Shown: positions 57,497 to 64,000 of the stretch, one piece after another
Numbering within the stretch: the stretch's first letter is position 1
Layout: every line of letters begins with the position of its first letter
NCBI GenBank assembly: GCA_051013385.1
Contig: CP143273.1
Coordinates: forward strand, 288,001-352,000
From: Phormidium sp.
GTDB lineage: Bacteria > Cyanobacteriota > Cyanobacteriia > Cyanobacteriales > Aerosakkonemataceae
Direction of reading: 5' to 3'
DNA length: 64,000 nt
Notes under the pieces: model-generated
What the model was told of the DNA's origin: nothing
Database searches by the model: none
What the model saw: the letters and a program-made list of their open reading frames with translations, nothing else
Made by a program: the position numbers and the translations under genes

Positions 57497-59428
57497 ATGA
57501 CGGATCAAATTTCCCAACTTCCCGAATTTATCTTTGGTTCTCTCTCCACTTCTCAGGGGCGATTGAAACAAACTAGAATGGCGCGAGTTGGACTATTTCA
57601 CGATCTTACTCTCAATCCGATCGATCCAAGAGAAAACGAACCAATTTTGATCGCTGTGCGAGTCGGTGTAGAGATTGCTGTCAAAGCCGTGAATCTCCAC
57701 TATACAACTGATACTAACCTTTCCTTATCGCCTCTCGATTTCGAGCATCCGTCAATGATAACGTTACCGATGCAACGGACTGACATCGTATGGGATACCT
57801 TGCAATGGTGTTATTTAGAGCAGTGGACTGTGAGTATTCCCAGTCAACCCCAAGGAACACAAGTTTCATATATAATTACCGCAACTACCACAAATAACCA
57901 AACGATCGCTTGTCCCTACGTAGATGTGAAAGCTCTCAAGGAATTAGCCAATGCAGAAGATTTTGATTTCCAGGTATTAGAAAAGAAGTATCAGGACAAT
58001 CAACCGCAAGTTTATCAGTTCGTTGTCTATCAGCAAACAATTCCAGCCTGGATCGGAGAGGCGATTATTTATCAAATTTTTGTCGATCGCTTTGCACCCG
58101 ATCCGGGAACCACTTTTCACACACCGAGCGATCGCAGTGGCATTTATGGCGGCACTTTAAACGGAATTCGCTCAAAATTAGATTATTTACAGGATTTGGG
58201 CGTAAATTGTCTCTGGTTAACACCGATTTTTCCTAGTCCCTCCCATCATGGCTACGATCCCATTGATTACAGCACCATTGAGCCTCGCTTGGGGACAATG
58301 GAAGATTGGCAAAAGTTGATATCCCAAGCCCATCAACGCGGGATTCGGATTATTTTAGATTACGTGGTAAATCATGTTTCCAGCGAACACGCAGCCTTTA
58401 AGACAGCTTTGGGCGATCGCCAACACCCCAACTACGAATGGTTTCGGTTTCGCAACCATCCTTTAGAATACGATTGTTTTTTTGATGTTCCCGGTCAACC
58501 AGAAGTTAATTCCGATCATCCCGGAGTACGCGAACATTTTATCCAAAATGCCTGCATCTGGTTGCAACAAGGTTGTGATGGCTTTCGCTTAGATTATGCT
58601 CATGGTGTGAGTCATGCCTTTTGGTCTGTGTTTCGAGAGGCAACCCGACGCACGAAATCGGATAGTGTAACGTTGGGAGAAATTACCCAACCACCATCAG
58701 TAATGCGATCGTACACCGGACGAATGGATGGGTGTTTAGACTTTAGATTATTAGAACTCCTACGCGGTTTCTTTGCCTTTGAAAGCCTGAGCGTCAGTCA
58801 GTTCGATCGCGCATTAGAACAACATTTAGCTTACTTCGGGTCGAGTTTAGTCTTACCCAGTTTCTTAGATAACCATGATATGAATCGATTTTTGTGGTTG
58901 GTAAAAGGTGATCAACGTCGCCTCAAACTAGCAGCATTATGTCAATTTACCTTACCTCATCCCCCGATTATTTATTATGGAACTGAAGTAGGATTGAGTC
59001 AGTTAGAAAACGTTGGACGCTTAGAAGAATCACGATTACCGATGCTTTGGGATGCAGAACAAGATACCTCTTTACTGGCATTTTACAAACAGTTAATCGC
59101 CTTGCGTCGCAAAACCCCCGATATCTGGCAACAACCGCGTCAAACTTGGTTACTCGATGATGCAAATCGTGTGTATGGGTATGAATGTGGCGAGTATGCG
59201 ATACGTGCTAACGCACACGCTTACGCGATCGCACTCAACGCCAATGCCCAAGATTTTACCTTGTCCCTTCCTGAACATTGGCGATATGCCTCCGGCACGC
59301 TACCGCGATCGCCCCAACTAATTTTAACCACAGACTCAACAATCCTCTGGAATCCTCAAACCCACCAGTTAAATCTTCCCCCTTTTGCCGGAGTTGTCTT
59401 GCAAAAAGCAAAAATACCAGGCGATTAG
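57497..59428 (+). CDS. GH13 alpha-amylase family (neopullulanase/maltodextrin glucosidase-like)
   Basis: YQIFVDRF, DYVVNH, GFRLD, LGEI, FLDNHD. Confidence 0.9.
   Translation: MTDQISQLPEFIFGSLSTSQGRLKQTRMARVGLFHDLTLNPIDPRENEPILIAVRVGVEIAVKAVNLHYTTDTNLSLSPLDFEHPSMITLPMQRTDIVWDTLQWCYLEQWTVSIPSQPQGTQVSYIITATTTNNQTIACPYVDVKALKELANAEDFDFQVLEKKYQDNQPQVYQFVVYQQTIPAWIGEAIIYQIFVDRFAPDPGTTFHTPSDRSGIYGGTLNGIRSKLDYLQDLGVNCLWLTPIFPSPSHHGYDPIDYSTIEPRLGTMEDWQKLISQAHQRGIRIILDYVVNHVSSEHAAFKTALGDRQHPNYEWFRFRNHPLEYDCFFDVPGQPEVNSDHPGVREHFIQNACIWLQQGCDGFRLDYAHGVSHAFWSVFREATRRTKSDSVTLGEITQPPSVMRSYTGRMDGCLDFRLLELLRGFFAFESLSVSQFDRALEQHLAYFGSSLVLPSFLDNHDMNRFLWLVKGDQRRLKLAALCQFTLPHPPIIYYGTEVGLSQLENVGRLEESRLPMLWDAEQDTSLLAFYKQLIALRRKTPDIWQQPRQTWLLDDANRVYGYECGEYAIRANAHAYAIALNANAQDFTLSLPEHWRYASGTLPRSPQLILTTDSTILWNPQTHQLNLPPFAGVVLQKAKIPGD
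59198..59312 (+). repeat. Two in-frame small dispersed insertions at HIP1 sites
   Basis: GCGAT-22 nt-GCGATCGC (59198-59232) and GCGAT-19 nt-GCGATCGC (59281-59312). Confidence 0.75.
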
Positions 59429-59431
59429 AAA

Positions 59432-59780
59432 TACGCGCCTACACAAACAAAGCCTGCCTCCGCAGGCTAGATATATTAAGTAGGTGCCAATAAATAAACT
59501 GATAATAGTTATCTAAGGATGGGGCGGGCAGGATGCCCACCCCACAAGAGTTACATCTTTCTTGTGGGGTGGGCATCCTGCCCGCCTTGGTTTTGACTTT
59601 ACTCAGATCTTGCACCAAGAGGCAGAGCCTCTATTTTTCGTTCCCAGGTTGAACCTGGGAAGGAGGATCTGGGAGGTTCCACCTCCTAGTTGTGCAAGAT
59701 CTGAGTTTATTTACATCTAACTACTTAGTCCGCGCAGGCGGACTTGGTTTGTATAGCCCCAGACTTCAGTCTGGGGGGCA
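59432..59780. repeat. Nested palindromic/MITE elements
   Basis: Outer inverted repeat; TAAGTAG/CTACTTA pair; ACTCAGATCTTGCAC/GTGCAAGATCTGAGT pair; GGGCAGGATGCCCACCCCACAAGA palindrome. Confidence 0.7.
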
Positions 59781-59782
59781 AT

Positions 59783-61648
59783 TCACCCCAAAATCACCAT
59801 CCCGGCTGCTGGCAAAGACAGCCGAACATAAGCACGACCATCTGGACTTTGCTCCACTGGGATAAACTCGTCAGTAGGTGGCTGTTTAAGTTGTTCGTCA
59901 CTCCAATCGGCTCGGTAAAGCACCCGCAATTTTGACCCTGGAGGACTCAAATTTTCGTCTACGGTGACATCGGCTCCTCTGGATTCCAATCCATGAGTAT
60001 TCATCACCATGACAACTTCATGATAGGCGAGAACTCTCGACCAGCCAAAGAGTTCTCCCGCTCCTGGTATTCGGAAGGGATACCCACAAAAGGAGGTTTC
60101 GCGAGGATAGCAAATGCCCGTCCGTAGGGTACGTCCAATGTAGTCATTGCCGTTGCGAAGTCGAGCGATCGCCGCAATCCGCAAATAAGTCGGATGCTCA
60201 GGATTAAAGAAGTGGCAACCCGTAGTTTGAAATGCCCCAAACGCCCCACCGAACATATCTTCCCGAATATAACGGTCTTCTCCAAAGCGACTAGGTTCGA
60301 TACTGTAGTCGTGATAACCTTCATTACCATCAAAGGCTTGTTCTGTACCGTAGTAAATGCAAGGGATGCCAGGAGTGAGCAGTTGAATGCCGACTGCGTG
60401 AGCCGATTGCCAGTAACGATGAGGTGTGGAGTTATTGGCAGCAAAGCGCTCTTTGTGAGACTTGCAGGACATATCATGATCGTCAAGGATGGAAACATGA
60501 ATCCGCCCAGTCTGAACGTAGCGAGTTAAATCGGAATCAGTTCGGAAGCGTTTAAAAAAATCCATTGGATTGCGAGTACCACGCGCCGCCCCTGCCAACT
60601 CATTTGGGGAATTATTAATATCAAGTACTGCTGTTAATGCTCGCTCGAAAACGCTGCCGAACAGGGAGAGGTAGTTGGTTGCTATCAAGGAATCAGTGAT
60701 TTCCCCTACTAGCAAAAAGTTTCCCTTGCCAATCGATTCCGCATAGCGAGAGATGCCGAAACTAAACTCAGTACAGATGTCTTTAGGGATGTGTTTGGCG
60801 GCATCAATGCGGAAGCCGTCACAATCAGTTACGGCGATCCAATACTGGTAACAGCGGATAATTGCATCCATTGTGGCTTTGTGGTAGCCATTGAGCTTCT
60901 TCAAATCGAAAAAGTCGCCCCGCCGAAATTCCGCGTTGGAGTCCATCGGGTTGGGACTATTCCAGTTGACGATCGCACCAAGACGATTATATGCCTCTAA
61001 AGACTGCAATTCTTTGGGCCAACAGCCATCTTCCAGGTTTTGAATTTCGGGAATACATTTACCTGTACCAGAACGCCAGCCAGCAAAACTGTAAGGTGGT
61101 TCATAGCGATAGGGTAGCGATTCTTCAATAATCCCAGTCAAGTCAGGCCCATAAAACCAGTTATTTGCAGTATGGTCAATTACCACATCCAATACAACTA
61201 CCATATTGCGATCGTGGGCATCATCAATCAAGTCACGCAAATCTTGAATGGTGCCAAAACGAGGGTCAATATCAAGAAAGTTCTGGATCGCATAGCCGTG
61301 ATAAGTTTGTAAATCTGCCCGTTGCTTGAAAGCCGGATTCAGCCATAAACCTGTAATTCCCAGTCCTTGCAAGTAGTCCAGCTTGCTACGTATACCCTGA
61401 AGCGTTCCCCCCGTAAAGCGTAAACCAGCTGACATCCAAGCACGTTTGTCCTGAATCCGGTGTTGTTCGGGGTGGCGATAATCGAACATCTGGCGCTCTG
61501 CCTCCCGCCCATCACTGAAGCGGTCTGGTAGGATCTGGTAAAAAATATGATCTTTCCAGAGTGTAGGACTGGGAAAAACTCGTCCCCTTGGTTCTAGGTT
61601 CAAATGGGAAAGATCGCGTGGGGCAAAGTTCTCAACTTGGGTTTTCAT
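59783..61648 (-). CDS. GH13 alpha-amylase family hydrolase
   Basis: YHGY, DVVIDH, GFRIDAAKH, VGEI, LDDHD. Confidence 0.9.
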   Translation of the reverse strand: MKTQVENFAPRDLSHLNLEPRGRVFPSPTLWKDHIFYQILPDRFSDGREAERQMFDYRHPEQHRIQDKRAWMSAGLRFTGGTLQGIRSKLDYLQGLGITGLWLNPAFKQRADLQTYHGYAIQNFLDIDPRFGTIQDLRDLIDDAHDRNMVVVLDVVIDHTANNWFYGPDLTGIIEESLPYRYEPPYSFAGWRSGTGKCIPEIQNLEDGCWPKELQSLEAYNRLGAIVNWNSPNPMDSNAEFRRGDFFDLKKLNGYHKATMDAIIRCYQYWIAVTDCDGFRIDAAKHIPKDICTEFSFGISRYAESIGKGNFLLVGEITDSLIATNYLSLFGSVFERALTAVLDINNSPNELAGAARGTRNPMDFFKRFRTDSDLTRYVQTGRIHVSILDDHDMSCKSHKERFAANNSTPHRYWQSAHAVGIQLLTPGIPCIYYGTEQAFDGNEGYHDYSIEPSRFGEDRYIREDMFGGAFGAFQTTGCHFFNPEHPTYLRIAAIARLRNGNDYIGRTLRTGICYPRETSFCGYPFRIPGAGELFGWSRVLAYHEVVMVMNTHGLESRGADVTVDENLSPPGSKLRVLYRADWSDEQLKQPPTDEFIPVEQSPDGRAYVRLSLPAAGMVILG

Positions 61649-61664
61649 AATCCGTCATGTTTAC

Positions 61665-61792
61665 AATAACGCCACTGACGATCGCCTCTTTTTGAATGAT
61701 GTCGATCGCTTTAGCCGAATCATAAACCATACAATAGCTTGGTTTTTAATCACACCCAAAGCATAAACAACAAAGGTGTAAAACTGGTGCAA
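61665..61792. repeat. 128-bp direct repeat, copy 2
   Basis: Matches 57292-57419. Confidence 0.9.
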
Positions 61793-61947
61793 AAGCAGGT
61801 TATCTTTGACTATTTTGGTAGGAACGTAACCAAAACCAGGAGAGAATTGCGGTTAAGAAAAGCCCCGTTAAGCTGTGCTGTAACGGGGGCATTCATCCAA
61901 CATTTTAGGTAACAGTCACCTTACCTAAAAAACCTAAGTACTAGGGC

Positions 61948-62140
61948 TAGGGCGTGTTTTCCAACTCGGAGATCCCCCCCAGCCCCCCTTAATAAGGGGG
62001 GGAGAAGTTCTTCAAAGTCTTTGTTAAATTAAAGGCGAAGCATCCTCTGGCTTCCCCCTGATTAAGGGGGACGGGAGGGGGATCTAAGGGGGATAATGGG
62101 ACATCTTTCCCGATAACAATTAGTTTGAAAACAGGCCCTA
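61948..62140. repeat. MITE-like element with GC hairpins
   Basis: TIR TAGGGCGTGTTTTCCAACT/AGTTTGAAAACAGGCCCTA. Confidence 0.65.
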
Positions 62141-62307
62141 AAGCTTAAGACATTGCCAAAAAAAAGCGCTACTCAGAGCAGAAAGCATTATCGTGATAAG
62201 CGTTTGAACACTTGACATGAGGCTGAAAGTAGATTAATCATAACTTCAGCCTGATTGATAAACAAGTATTCATAACCAAGTTGTCAGAATCATTGACACA
62301 GAACTAA

Positions 62308-63354
<1,047 letters not shown>

Positions 63355-63475
63355 AGGCAGGGGGGCAGGGGGGCAGGGGAGCAGGGGAGCAGGGGAGCAG
63401 AGGGGCAGAGGGGCAGGGGAGCAGGGGAGCAGAGGGGCAGAGGGGCAGGGGGGCAGGGGGCAGGGGGGCAGAGGA
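63355..63475 (+). repeat. G-rich 8-nt tandem repeat
   Basis: (GGGG(A/G)GCA / GAGGGGCA)n. Confidence 0.9.
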
Positions 63476-63479
63476 GAGG

Positions 63480-63760
63480 AAAATTCAAAACTCTCTTACT
63501 CCCCAAACTCTCCCTAACTCAAAACTCAAAACTCAAAACTCTCTCACTCCCCAAACTCTCCCTAACTCAAAACTCTCTCACTCCCCAAACTCTCCCTAAC
63601 TCAAAACTCTCTCACTCCCCAAACTCTCCCTAACTCAAAACTCAAAACTCAAAACTCTCTCACTCCCCAAACTCTCCCTAACTCAAAACTCTCTCACTCC
63701 CCAAACTCTCCCTAACTCAAAACTCAAAACTCAAAACTCAAAACTTTCCCCAATCCCCAA
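63480..63760 (+). repeat. STRR-type compound tandem repeat
   Basis: AAAACTC 7-mers interleaved with TCTCACTCCCCAAACTCTCCCTAACTC units. Confidence 0.9.
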
Positions 63761-63765
63761 TCATT

Positions 63766-64000
63766 ATGAGAGTAGCAGTTTTTAGCACTAAACCTTACGA
63801 TCGCCGTTTCCTCGAAGCTGCCAATGCCAAACATGGGCATGAATTAGAGTTTTTTACAGCTGAATTTAATGCTAATACTGCTCCTTTGGCGGCAGATTTT
63901 CCGGCAGTTTGTATCTTTGTAAATGACAATGCTGATGCGAAAGCATTGGAAATAATTGCTTCACGAGGCACAAAATTATTAGCTCTCCGTTCTGCTGGTT
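63766..64000 (+). CDS. ldhA: D-lactate dehydrogenase / D-2-hydroxyacid dehydrogenase (partial, runs off window)
   Basis: MRVAVFSTKPYDR...CIFVND...ALRSAG. Confidence 0.85.
   Translation, partial: MRVAVFSTKPYDRRFLEAANAKHGHELEFFTAEFNANTAPLAADFPAVCIFVNDNADAKALEIIASRGTKLLALRSAG

Noticed and set aside
63355..63760. G-quadruplex, telomere-like or ncRNA element
   Set aside because: Matches common cyanobacterial short tandem repeats; no further evidence

Overview
Cyanobacterial DNA, probably from a filamentous taxon: HIP1 (GCGATCGC) is frequent, and STRR/REP-like repeats, an SLH porin and gap1 are present. Bases 1-41.5 kb look like a mosaic island on a decayed plasmid/ICE-type backbone (extra dnaN, broken Dda/RecD helicase, truncated PolA and DNA methylase, beta-CASP nuclease, IS scraps). 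Its best cargo is a ~10-kb NRPS/PKS-free biosynthetic cluster (5247-15464, minus strand). It encodes a ThiO-like FAD oxidase, two tandem SyrB2-like HxA-motif halogenases, a GntB-like desaturase/hydroxylase, an amidinotransferase resembling animal AGAT, a PLP enzyme, a GNAT and a luciferase-like monooxygenase. About 15 kb beyond the cluster, an intact GntC-like enduracididine cyclase sits behind an internally deleted second gntB-like gene. I infer an undescribed pathway to a chlorinated (cyclic) guanidine metabolite that is not guanitoxin. The island also has a degenerate cyclase-globin/MscS-cNMP/PstS/porin operon, a stand-alone globin and scrambled wHTH-STAND/WD40 genes. A 58-bp promoter element with 9-bp repeats is shared by the cluster and the globin. 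Bases 41.5-64 kb are mostly ordinary genes (frmA, an HSD-like SDR operon, two GH13 enzymes, gap1, ldhA) with many small repeats. All family calls come from motifs and remembered sequences; no searches were run.
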